This document shows, piece after piece, positions 1-10,117 of a DNA stretch of 64,000 nt. Where the stretch lies: NCBI GenBank assembly GCA_963806225.1, contig CAWDXG010000004.1:4096001-4160000 (forward strand). Reading direction: 5' to 3'. The notes below the pieces were generated by a model. It searched no databases and had not been told where the DNA came from. It saw only the letters and a list, made by a program, of their open reading frames with translations. The position numbers and the translations under genes were made by a program. This stretch comes from an uncultured delta proteobacterium (lineage in GTDB: Bacteria > Myxococcota_A > Polyangia > Polyangiales > Polyangiaceae). Positions within the stretch are counted from its first letter, which is position 1. Each line of letters opens with the position of its first letter.

Positions 1-1
1 G

Positions 2-733
2 CGCGCGCAGCACGATCGAACGCTTGGGCCGACCGTCGAGCACCTCGTCGGCCACGATGTCCTTCAACGTCGGGGCCGCATAGGTCGCCGACAGGTCATC
101 CTCCAGGCCGACGCGCAACCAGTCGATCTCGGCGTACGGCTCGCGCTTCGAGCCCTGGGGAAGCCGTCGTGCGCCCCAGAAGCGCAGGAGCAGGGTGTGC
201 CGCCCCGGCGCCAGCTTGTGCCGTCGCACCGGCAGGGTCACGACGCGGGTCTCGTCGGGGCCCAGGCGCGCCGACCCCGCATTCTTGTTGTCGATGTAGG
301 TGCTGAGTCGTGACGCGATGCCGGTGTGCAGGCGCAGACCAACGAAGACCGATTCCTCCGGCTCGTCGAGCCAGAACTCGTAGCTGATCCGCTTGGTGAA
401 GACGCGGGCGAAGCTCGCGCCCTCGCGATCGACGTAGCTCACGTCATCGAAGGGCCCGATCGAGAAGCCCCGGCGCGAACGTGCCGCGCTGTTCCCGAGA
501 TCGATCGAGAGCCCGCGATGGTAGATGGAGCACGCCGACAGGTGCGCCACCAGATCGTAGAACGGCGGTGGGTTCCGGGGCGCGCCGGCGGTGTTCGCAC
601 CGGGCGGGGGCGGCTTGGAGCGGGCCGACGACGACGCGGCCGGCTGGTGGCCGCTGTCGTGATCGTTGCACGAGCAGCCGGCACACGGGAGCACCAGGAG
701 CAAAGCGACGATGAGCGACCAGACCCGGGACAT
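2..733 (-). CDS. Putative lipoprotein, N-terminal part only (runs off the left edge); function not determinable here
   Basis: ATG at 733; open frame to the window edge reading MSRVWSLIVALLLVLPCAGCSC (hydrophobic signal plus lipobox-like Cys); absent from the ORF track because it has no stop in the window. Confidence 0.7.
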   Translation of the reverse strand, partial: MSRVWSLIVALLLVLPCAGCSCNDHDSGHQPAASSSARSKPPPPGANTAGAPRNPPPFYDLVAHLSACSIYHRGLSIDLGNSAARSRRGFSIGPFDDVSYVDREGASFARVFTKRISYEFWLDEPEESVFVGLRLHTGIASRLSTYIDNKNAGSARLGPDETRVVTLPVRRHKLAPGRHTLLLRFWGARRLPQGSKREPYAEIDWLRVGLEDDLSATYAAPTLKDIVADEVLDGRPKRSIVLRA

Positions 734-809
734 GGCGGAAAGGAGCGGCGGCAGCCGGCTCAGCGGCGGGGTCTAGCGCGGATCGCCGTCCGGCGCAGTG
801 GTCGGGCGG

Positions 810-3800
810 CTATTTCCACGCCTTGGCGAGGGGCAGACGCGCCCTACGTCCCTGCGCGACAGTCACGTGATCCACCCGCTCCTGTCCATCCTGCTTCGTC
901 TTGACCTCGTGGTCCCCCGGAGCGAGCGGGATCCGCCTGAGAGGGCCATGCCCGACGAAGACACCGTCGACGTAGATCACCTGGCGCCCGCCGGTCTCGA
1001 CCTCGAGCAGGCCCTTGTCCTTGGCGATCGGAACACCCGGAGGCAGCGGCATGTCCTCGACGTTCACGCTGACTGGCGGCGGGGACGCCTTGTGCACCGC
1101 GGCGGCGCTGCCCGGCGAGGGCGCAACCTGCGCCGCCGACGGGGCAACCTTCGCCGCCGGCACGCTGGCCGCGTTCCGGGCCGGGGCGGTGATCAAGCGC
1201 ACCGCGCCGAACGACACTACACCGGCCGCTGCGGCGATCAGCGCCATGCGCAATGCGCCGAGCGGACGTTCCGCAGCGGGCGTGGTCTGCGCGGCCGGAC
1301 CGGGCGTCATCTCGCCTTCGGGCTCGAGCTCGGGCTCCACCCGCGCGCCGCGCGCTTCGGCTTCCGCGGCGTGATCGGAATCCAGCTTCTCGCGGCGCGG
1401 CTCCGCTTCGTCCCGACGGGCGGCGCGGGACGGGAACTCGATTCTTCTTTCTGGGCGGCAATGGTGCGGGGATGACTTCCGCCCCGGGGGCCTCCGCCGG
1501 GGCGTGGTCGACTTCGGCGTCCGCGCGCTCTTCATCGGCGCGCTCTTCATCGGCGCGCGGCTCGTCGGCACCGCTCTCGCTGCGGGCAGGCTCTTCGTCC
1601 GCTTCCGCGGCGGCCTGCGCCGGCGGGCTCTGCTCGTCGTCGGCATCCTCCGCGGCTAGAGCCTCGGCGCGGGGCCGCGGTGGCATCACGACCTTCCGCA
1701 CGACGATCGGCGCATCCGGCGGCGGCTTCGCACGGCTGCGCGCGGCCCCTGTCGCGACCGACGCTTCCGCGGCGGGCTCGTCATCGCCCGCGCCGGCGTC
1801 CGCGCCGGCGCTCTGCATCCCCGCCGGAGCCTCGTCCTCCATCGACGCATCGACTGGTGCCGGCGAGCGGGTGTCGCTATCGCGCTCGACCTCGGCAACC
1901 TCGCCGACCACCGCCGCGCCGAGATCGGGCGCGGACTCCTCGAGATCGCCCTCGACAGGTCCGGATGGCGAGGGCACCGGCGACGGCGCTGCGTCCCAGC
2001 CGTCGTCCACTGTTTCGGGCACCATCACCGGCGGCAGGCGCCCCTCCGACTCGGGGGCGCTCTCCCCGGCTGCCGGCGGCAGGGGAGACAACTGGAAGCT
2101 GAACATGGGGGTCTCCTCGTGCGAAGCGTCCGGATCGAAGGCCGCAACCGCCAGATGGGGCGGCGGCGGCGTGGGCTCGGCGTGCAGTGCGGCCTCGACG
2201 TGGGGTCCACCCACGGGGGCAGGCGGAGCAGTCTGCGTGTCGAGCTCGTGTCCACCGGACTGCACGACGCGGCGCACGGCCGCATGCCGCGCCACGTCCG
2301 ACAGCACTCCCTCGAGCAGCCGCGCCGAGGCCTCGCCGCGGAGCAGCATCTCGCGGGGCGACGCGCCGTCGATGAGACGCTGCAGCAGGCTCTGCGCCGG
2401 CTCCGGTGTGCCGGCCAGATAGCCCGCCATGGCTGGCGCGTCGATCTCGACGCGCTCCACATCCAGCAGCGCCTCGGCACCGAGAAGCTCCTGCGCGGCG
2501 CGCGCACGCCCGATCGGACCGGCCAGCACCTGCTCGAGCGTGCCCTCGAAATCCGCGCGGGCCTTGTCGGTGGCCGGCGCCACCACGAAGCGGCCGGCAC
2601 TGACCCCGAGCAGCGCCGCGATCGCAACTTCTCCGCGCTCGAAGCTGCCGTCGCTGGCCGTGCGCGTCGCGCAGCAGAGCCGCCCGTTCCGCACCTCGAT
2701 CTCGTACAGATACGCCGCGTCGCGGACGCTCACGCGCACGTTCTTCCCGATCCGGCACGCGAGCTCGAGCACCAGGCGCGGCGTCAGACCGTCCAGGCGC
2801 CCGCGCACTTCCCCACCCGCCGCCATCCGCTGCTCGACGCGGGCGCGCGGACCGAGCACCTCCCGCACGCGCTGGACCACCTGGGACGCTGTGGCCTCCT
2901 TGCGCAGATAGGCGTCCGCATCCGCGCCGAGCTCCCGTACGCGCTGCAGCAGATCCTCCTTCCAGGAAAGCAGGATCACCGGAATGTCGCGCACTGCGAC
3001 GTCGCGTTTCAGTTCGTGGCACAGGGCGAAACCGTCGAGCCCCGGCATCAGCACATCGCTGATCACCGCGTCGGGCCAGCCGTCACGCGCCAGCGCGAGC
3101 GCGCTCTTGCCATCGTGGGCTTCCAGCACCTCGGCGCCCGCGGCCCTGAGCAGACCGCTCATGAACCACACCACCGCCGGATCGTCGTCCGCCACGACGA
3201 AACGCCGCCCCTTGAGCGACACGCTGGACAGGTCCTGCCCGCCGCGACCGGTGCGCTCTTCGTCGCGGCGCTCCACGCTGGACCACGCCGCGACCGGGAT
3301 GGCGCCCTCGGGCCCGCCCGGATCGAAGCGCACTAGACCGCGCGAACGCAGCGTTACCAGCTCCCGGACCCTCGCCACCGCTCCCCACACGGCAGCCAGC
3401 ACATCCGTGCCTTCTCCCAGCGGCACGCCTCGTCCCCGCCCGCCGGGCTCCACTGCGTCGATCAGTCCGCGGCGCACCTCGGAGGCGATGCGTTCGGCCA
3501 GCGCGTCGACGCTCACTTCGCCGATGGGCTCACGTACGGAACGCCCCAGCGCGCTCTGCCGGCTCACCTCCAGCACCGTGCGCCGCAGCGTGTCCGGGCT
3601 CGCCGGCTTGGGAAGCACCCGCGTGGCGCCGAGCCCCACGTAGGCCGATGCCGACTCCGGATGCTCGAAGCTGCCGGTGACGACGAGCGGGACCGGCTCC
3701 ACCAGCGGGTCGTGAACCAGCGTCTCGACCAGCTCGCGGGCGCCCCGGTGATCGCTGTCGACGACGATCACATCCGGCCCCAGCACCCTCGCTAGCTGGC

Positions 3801-4317
3801 GTGCCTGGGACGGGTCCTCGGTCTGCTCGGTCTCGAGCTCGTCGCGGTCGTTGTCCTGCTCGAGGGCCTTGGCCAGCGACGCGCCGCCGAACACCAACAC
3901 GCTGAGAGGCCAGGTGCGTTCGGCGCTGCCCGACACAGCCGTCTCGGTGGTGGACGCCGGCGGCCGCACCGTGACCGGAGCCCCCCACGCCAGCGACGGC
4001 AGCAGATCGAAGACGCGCGACACTTCCGCCAGCTCGGCGGCGCCGGTCGCGCCGCCCCGGAGCGAACGCTGCAAGGCCTGTTCCGCACCGGATAGCGACT
4101 CGGCCACGCTGTCGAAGCCGAGGACATGTGCCGCCGCCCCCATGGCGTGGATGCGCCGCTGCAGGTTGTTGCGCCGCGAAAGGGAACGCGGCTCCTCTTC
4201 CAGCGCCGCCAGCGCGCCCCGCAGGGCGTCCAGACGCCGCCCGAGGTTCGCGACAAAATCGGCGCGCGCCCCCGCGGTGCGGGCACGCTCTTCGTGTGCC
4301 TCCTGCGCCTCGATCAT
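810..4317 (-). CDS. Multidomain response regulator: Hpt-like, two receiver domains, DUF4388/PATAN, acidic linker, TM helix, C-terminal PEGA-like domain; apparent +1 frameshift near 1442
   Basis: IHAMGAAAHVLGF (Hpt-like); VVADDD...VISDVLMPGLDG (canonical REC); GRLDGLTPRLVLE (PATAN). TM and VIYVDGVFVGHGPL (PEGA-like) lie in the 810..1646 frame. Removing one base at GATTC 1440-1444 joins the frames. Confidence 0.75.
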
Positions 4318-4458
4318 CAGGCCGGCCCTATCACAAACATCTCGAATGGCAGAGTTTTCGGGGATTGCCCGGCCCGCCGTTCGGAGAGGATATGCCACGC
4401 GCAGGAGGATTGCGCCGGTCGGCAGAGCGCCGCTCCCCGCACGCCGCTCGAAACGCCC

Positions 4459-5529
4459 CTATTCCGCGGCCAGCAGCTCCCGCACTGCGGCAGCCGCCTC
4501 GTCGGTGCCCAGCGTGCCGCCGATATCGCGGGTGCAGCGCCCGGCCTCGAGCGCCTGGGCCACCGCTCGCTCGATCCGCGGCTCCTCCTCCGTCCAGCCC
4601 AGATAGCTCAGCATCATGCCGACGGTGAGCAGGGCGGCGAAGGGGTTGGCGACGTTCTTGCCCGCAAGCGGCGGAGCCGAGCCGTGCACCGGCTCGAACA
4701 GCCCGACGCGCGAAGGCTCCGCCGGGTGCACGTTGGCGCTAGCGGCCATGCCGAGGCCCCCCTGCAGCCCCGCGCCGAGGTCGGTCACGATGTCGCCAAA
4801 CAGGTTGTTGGTAACGATCACGTCGAACTGCGACGGGTCCTCGACGAGGTACAGGCACAGCGCGTCGATGAACACGTGCTTGGCCTCGATGCCCGGGTAC
4901 TCACGGCGCACCTCGTCGAACACACGCAGCCACAGCTCGTGCGCGTGCCGCATGGCGTTCGACTTGTCCGCCATGTGCACGCGTTTCCTGCCGGTGAGCT
5001 TCGCGTACTGGAAAGCCGCGCGGATGATGCGCTCCACGCCTTTTCGCGTGTTGATGTCCTCGTTGATCGCCACCTCGTCCGGCGTGCCGCGCCGGAGCTG
5101 ACCGCCGACACCCACGTAGATGCCCTCGGTGTTCTCGCGGAACACGACGAAGTTCACGTCCTTCATCGTGCGTCCCTTGAGCGGCACGAGCCGGTCAGCG
5201 AGCGCCCGGACCGGACGGATGTTGGCGTACAGATCGAAAGTGAAGCGCATGCCAAGCAGGATGTCGCGTGCATGCACCATATCGGGCACGCGAGGGTCGC
5301 CGAGCGCTCCCAGGAACACGGCGCTGCACTCGCGCCGGATCGCCACCTGGGTTTCCTTCGGCATCGTCGTGCCGTCACGCAGGTAGCGCTCGGCGCCCAG
5401 GTCGAGGTGCCACAGCTCGATCGGCAGCCCGCGCTCGCTCGCGTACCAGTCGAGCAGGCGCGTCGCCTCGCGGGTGACCTCGGGCCCAATGCCGTCCCCC
5501 CCGATGATCGCGATCTTCTTCTTCGTCAT
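4459..5529 (-). CDS. leuB: 3-isopropylmalate dehydrogenase (isocitrate/isopropylmalate dehydrogenase family)
   Basis: GDGIGPEV, RENTEGIY, NLFGDIVTDL and EPVHGSAP motifs; ATG at 5529. Confidence 0.8.
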   Translation of the reverse strand: MTKKKIAIIGGDGIGPEVTREATRLLDWYASERGLPIELWHLDLGAERYLRDGTTMPKETQVAIRRECSAVFLGALGDPRVPDMVHARDILLGMRFTFDLYANIRPVRALADRLVPLKGRTMKDVNFVVFRENTEGIYVGVGGQLRRGTPDEVAINEDINTRKGVERIIRAAFQYAKLTGRKRVHMADKSNAMRHAHELWLRVFDEVRREYPGIEAKHVFIDALCLYLVEDPSQFDVIVTNNLFGDIVTDLGAGLQGGLGMAASANVHPAEPSRVGLFEPVHGSAPPLAGKNVANPFAALLTVGMMLSYLGWTEEEPRIERAVAQALEAGRCTRDIGGTLGTDEAAAAVRELLAAE

Positions 5530-5582
5530 GCGGGCTACCGGTTCTAGCGGGACCTCGGGAAGGGGTCCAGGGGTCGTCGCGC

Positions 5583-6956
5583 TCAGCGCGCGGACACGGA
5601 ATCGAGCGCCATCCGTATCAGAGCGGCCATCTGGGCCGGATCGGCCTCGTCGATGTCGCCCAGTAGCACCCCGGCGTCGATCACCGGCACGCCCGCCACC
5701 GAGCATGCCGCCTCCAGCGCGGAGGCCTCGGCGGATTCCAGACGTACCGCGATAGCGCTACCCGCCAGGGTGAGCGGCCACACGGGCGAATACGCATCGA
5801 TGGTCGGCAGGCCGACGATCTCCAGCTCCTCGCCCTCGGCGAGCCGGAGCGTCGCCATCAGGTACGGAACCGGTGCCGCCGGAACCGATTCCGCGGGCGC
5901 GACGGCGTCGTGGATGCGTCGCACCGAGTGCATCACGGTCGAAAGCCGTCGCGGCGCCGCGGCGACAAGCACCCGCGCCGCGCCCGCGAAGCCCTCGTGC
6001 TGCAGGCGCTTCGCGAGAGCCCCGAGCACCGTCATCTGCTCCGGATCGGCGAGCTCGACCCGCTCGGCTCCCTTGGCGATGCGCCGCACGACGCCGGCTT
6101 CGATCATCCTGCCCACGGCCTCGATGATCTCGAGATCGCCAAACGGCACATCGTCGAGCAGCTCGTCGACCGTACACGGCACCCCCAGAACCTCGGACAC
6201 CCGGCGATCGAGCTCGGGCGCCTCCTCCGGAGCCGCCGCGATCGCCAGCAGTGCGTCCTCGTCGGCAGCCAGCCTCGAGCGTCGCTGCTTCACTTCGTCG
6301 ATGCGCCGCATCCCCTCCATGAGCAACATGCTGGTGCTTGTCTGGATACGTCGAAGCGGCGTTCCGCTGCCGCCGGCGAAGGCGAACGCGCCCTCGGTCT
6401 CGCCCAACAGCCGGAACAGGGCTTTCTCTGCCTCCAGTCTCCGGTACACCGCGTCGACCACCTCGCCCTCGACCAGGCGCACCTCGCCGGCACCTGACGG
6501 CGTCGTGATGCTCAGCGCCCCGCTGCGGCGATTCATGCTCAGGAGTTGCAGCAGATCCACCGGGCTGACCTGTCGGAGGTCCCCGCGGAAGTCACCCCGG
6601 TCGGCCGCAACGGGAGCCGAGTGCAAGGGCAACGCATACATCCGCCGCGCGATCAGATCGGCGTCCCCGCGTGGCAGCTGGTGCGACGGGAGCGCGTCGG
6701 CTCCTGCCGGCTCTACCAGCACGAAGTGCGGCACTTCCGCCAGTTCTCGATCGGCCTTGAACCGGCCGATCACCGCGTCGACGTCGTCCAGCGCGGACGA
6801 CAGCAGTACGGCGTCCGGTCGATTGTTGCGCGCCCGATCCAGCGCGCCGTCGGCCGCGTCGGCTAGAGCGACCGTGAGGCCGCGCGAGCGCAGCTCCGAC
6901 GCGAGCGCGCCCAGAGCGTCCACGTCGGGTTCGACCAGCAGGACGGAGCGCGACAT
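5583..6956 (-). CDS. Pseudo-receiver + DUF4388/PATAN + degenerate small-GTPase-like C-terminal domain
   Basis: VLLVEPD...PDAVLLSS (phospho-Asp absent); FRGDLRQVSPVDLLQLLSMNRRSGAL and LLMEGMRRIDE (DUF4388); start overlaps the upstream stop (TGATG). Confidence 0.75.
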   Translation of the reverse strand: MSRSVLLVEPDVDALGALASELRSRGLTVALADAADGALDRARNNRPDAVLLSSALDDVDAVIGRFKADRELAEVPHFVLVEPAGADALPSHQLPRGDADLIARRMYALPLHSAPVAADRGDFRGDLRQVSPVDLLQLLSMNRRSGALSITTPSGAGEVRLVEGEVVDAVYRRLEAEKALFRLLGETEGAFAFAGGSGTPLRRIQTSTSMLLMEGMRRIDEVKQRRSRLAADEDALLAIAAAPEEAPELDRRVSEVLGVPCTVDELLDDVPFGDLEIIEAVGRMIEAGVVRRIAKGAERVELADPEQMTVLGALAKRLQHEGFAGAARVLVAAAPRRLSTVMHSVRRIHDAVAPAESVPAAPVPYLMATLRLAEGEELEIVGLPTIDAYSPVWPLTLAGSAIAVRLESAEASALEAACSVAGVPVIDAGVLLGDIDEADPAQMAALIRMALDSVSAR

Positions 6957-8782
6957 CAGTCCGAAAGCCTCATACCAACAGCGTCGCCAAGACGCCGGAT
7001 GACAAGATCGGCAAACAGCGGATCGCTCGCGTGGACCGCACGGACCACGCTTCGGTCCACGCGCCCCAGAAGCGCGTAGACGCCATGCTCGGCAACGATG
7101 GTCAGTGCTTCGAGATCGTCGCAACCGGATACGCCGGTCAGGTCGACGGCGCGGAAGCCCAGCTCCTCGGAGTCACGTCCAAGCGCGGAACGCACCGCTG
7201 CGCCGATGCTGACGCCGGGCCGCTGGGTAGCCACGATGCGCGCGGCACCTCCGCGGAGCCCTTCGGACACCGCGCCCAGCGCCAACCCGATCAGGTCCAT
7301 CGCCGGCAGCTCGATGCTGCGCGGGTGTCCGGCACCGTCCGGCTCGCCGACGTTCCAGAGCAGCGTGTCGAGGATTTCTCCGAGCGGCAGGCGATCGAGC
7401 GCTAGTCGGCGGACGACCGAATTCTGCGACACCTCCTGGCGGTGCTTGGCAACGCGAAGGAGATGGGACAGGTCGAGCCCGTCGTGCGGAAAGGTGGCGA
7501 CACCGATGGTGGCGTCTAGACCCGCCGCGCCGCCGAGCCTCTGGCCACCCGGCCCCGAAAGCCGACGCATCACGCGGCGGCGGCAGGTGTGGGCGCCGAT
7601 GCCGCCGGTTTCTGGCAAGAGCAGGTAGAATTCGTGCTCGTCGACGCGCGCCAGCACGTCCGTGTCGCGCACAGCGCCGAGCACGCGCTCGGCCACCTCG
7701 ACGCTCTGGCCCGCGCTGCTGGAAGGAGGCGGCGCCGTCGGGGGCGTTCCGGTCATGGCCGCGGCGGCGTAGGCGGAGCTGTCGAAGCGCCGCGTGGGCG
7801 GCTCGTCCTCTGGCCCGGGGTCGATGCTGAGCGTAGCCAACGCGAAGCGCCGCCCGTGCCGCCTCGCCTTGTCGATCTCCCGCCCCGCCACATCCACGAA
7901 GTAGGCGAACGTGTAGGCGCTCGAGCTCGGGTCCTTCATCGCGCCGCGCGTCGACTGCTCGCGCTCGCCGAGCAGCGCGAGCGACGTCGCCGCCTGCGCC
8001 GCTACAAGGTCGACGAGCGGCAGGGGCCCCGCGCCCTCGCGGCGCACGCCACCGATCAGCAGCAGACCGCTCTGTTCCCTGAGCAGCGACAGGCGCACCA
8101 CCTCGAGCCCGCGCTCCGTCGCGTAGCCAAGGAGCTCCATCTCGTCGCAGAAGCTGGGTGCGCCCGCGATATCCCCGCACGCTGCAGCGCGCATCAGCTG
8201 TCGCGAGCCCTCGCCTGCCGGCAGGTACACCAGGACTGGACTTGCGCCCGCGTCCTCTTCCAGCATCCGGGCGAGCTGCTCGGCTGCAGACCGCCGGTTA
8301 GGCGCCTCGGCGATGCCGGCGACGCGCGCCACCAGCGATACGCCGCGGCGCGATTCGGTCGCTTCGCGCTCCAGGCGCCGACGCTGCTCGCGTTCGGCGA
8401 GCCGCGCGCGCACGTCTCCGACCAGCGTCAAGAGCTCGTCGCCGGAGCTCGGCAACATCAAGAGCCCCGCACCGCCGAGCGCCACCGCCTGGGTACCGAG
8501 CTCCACCGCGTCGGAGCGCGCCAGGGCGTACACCGCTACGTTCGGCGCGACCGCGCGCAGGTGATGCACGATGGCCAGACCCGCATTGTTCCCGAGCGCC
8601 ACGTCCACCAGCACGACGTCCGGCCCTTCGGCGACGGTGCGCGCCAGGCCTTCCGCCAGGTCGGTGGCCACCGCCAGCTCGTCGCCGCTGCCCGCCAGCG
8701 CGCGCTCCATCAGCTCGATCGTCTCGGCATCATCGAGGATCGCCAGAACAGAGACGCCGGGCACCGCGTCGTGGTCTCTCAC
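6956..8782 (-). CDS. Atypical receiver + GAF-like + degenerate GGDEF domain protein
   Basis: PDVVLVDV receiver; GAMKDPSSSAYTFAYF...REIDKARRHG; VRDTDVLARVDEHEFYLLLPET; TIGVATFPHDG. GTG start overlaps the dapF stop (GTGA); alternative start at 8764. Confidence 0.75.
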   Translation of the reverse strand: MRDHDAVPGVSVLAILDDAETIELMERALAGSGDELAVATDLAEGLARTVAEGPDVVLVDVALGNNAGLAIVHHLRAVAPNVAVYALARSDAVELGTQAVALGGAGLLMLPSSGDELLTLVGDVRARLAEREQRRRLEREATESRRGVSLVARVAGIAEAPNRRSAAEQLARMLEEDAGASPVLVYLPAGEGSRQLMRAAACGDIAGAPSFCDEMELLGYATERGLEVVRLSLLREQSGLLLIGGVRREGAGPLPLVDLVAAQAATSLALLGEREQSTRGAMKDPSSSAYTFAYFVDVAGREIDKARRHGRRFALATLSIDPGPEDEPPTRRFDSSAYAAAAMTGTPPTAPPPSSSAGQSVEVAERVLGAVRDTDVLARVDEHEFYLLLPETGGIGAHTCRRRVMRRLSGPGGQRLGGAAGLDATIGVATFPHDGLDLSHLLRVAKHRQEVSQNSVVRRLALDRLPLGEILDTLLWNVGEPDGAGHPRSIELPAMDLIGLALGAVSEGLRGGAARIVATQRPGVSIGAAVRSALGRDSEELGFRAVDLTGVSGCDDLEALTIVAEHGVYALLGRVDRSVVRAVHASDPLFADLVIRRLGDAVGMRLSD

Positions 8783-9586
8783 GGCGCGGAAACCTCCCCG
8801 GCGAAGACGTGGCGCGCCGGCCCACGCAGCGTGACCTCGAGCGTTTCGGGCTCCACGGTGATCTCGAGCGCACCGCCGGGCAAGTAGACGCTCAGGGGCT
8901 CGTCGTAGGCGGCGCGCCCGGAGAGCGCGGCCGCCACCCCGGTGGCCGCAGCACCGGTGCCGCATGCCAGAGTGCGCCCGACGCCGCGTTCCCACACCAC
9001 GAGGTCGAACGCGCCGCCGCCACGCGTCACCGCGAATTCCACGTTCGACCCGCCCGGCAGCTCGCTGGAAACCTGGGGACCGAGCCGGTCGATGGCGGCT
9101 TCATCGAAACCGGAATCGAAGACGATGGCGTGCGGATTGCCCACGGAGATACGCGAGAAGCGGACTTCGGCGCCGTCGAATAGCGTCGCGTGCTCACCGT
9201 CGACCCGTCCACGCCCCATGCCGACCTTCACCTGGGCCGTCGCGCCGTCGCGTTCCACCTCGCACAACAGCGGTCCGGCGTCCGTGTCGACGACGTAGCT
9301 GGTCCCAACCGACGAGTCCTTGCGGGCCAGATGTAGTGCGACACAGCGCAGTCCGTTGCCACACATCTCGGGGCGGCTGCCGTCGGCGTTGAGCACGACC
9401 ATCCGGGCGCGGGCTTCCGCGCTGGTCGCGGGCGTCACCAGGAGCACGCCATCCGCACCGACACCGAAATGGCGATCACAGAGCCGCATCGCCTGCGACG
9501 GATTCGATCGCGGTCGCGGTGTCGGCTTCCACCACGATGAAGTCGTTTCCGAGACCCTCGTACTTGTCGAACACCAAGGCCGTCAT
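8779..9586 (-). CDS. dapF: Diaminopimelate epimerase; apparent +1 frameshift near 9503
   Basis: KYEGLGNDF in one frame from ATG 9586; CDRHFGVGADG, NADGSRPEMCGNG, VGNPH and ERGVGRTLACGTG in the next frame. Confidence 0.92.
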
Positions 9587-9643
9587 CCGCCGCTAGCCTA
9601 GTCGCGACTCGACGGCGCGGAAACCAGCGGCGCCACGAGCCAT

Positions 9644-9940
9644 TCAGTCGACACCCAACCGGGCGAGCAGCTCCGCCCGGCGCAGGCCCTGTACACTGAC
9701 CAGCTTGTTGCGGCCGGTCGTCCCCGACACGATGTCGACCGCTTTCCGCCCCACACCGAGCCGGCGCGACAGCGTGGAGACAAGCTCCTTGTTCGCCTCG
9801 CCGTCGACCGGCGGTGCGGCAACCGCCACGTCGAGCGCGCCCTCGCGCACGCCGATGACCCGGCTCCGCGACGCGCGCGGCTTGACGTGGACGCGCAGGC
9901 GGAGCGCGCCGCCGCGTTCCTCGATCTGGAGCTCGGTCAC
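9644..9940 (-). CDS. DUF167 (YggU/UPF0235) family protein
   Basis: VHVKPRASRS...VAAPPVDGEANKEL...IVSGTTGRNK. Confidence 0.9.
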   Translation of the reverse strand: MTELQIEERGGALRLRVHVKPRASRSRVIGVREGALDVAVAAPPVDGEANKELVSTLSRRLGVGRKAVDIVSGTTGRNKLVSVQGLRRAELLARLGVD

Positions 9941-10117
9941 GGCGCGATCCTAGCCCGGCGCGGGCCCGGAAGCAGGCACAAGACGCGGGGGGCCGGGCGC
10001 GGGCGCGCCGTGCTGGGCCACCGCGCCGCTCCCGGGGCGCGACAACGCCCGCGAAGGCTCCGGGCGGCGGCCCCCCTTCCAGTCCGCCCTGCGGCGTGTC
10101 ATCCCTTGAGCACGACG

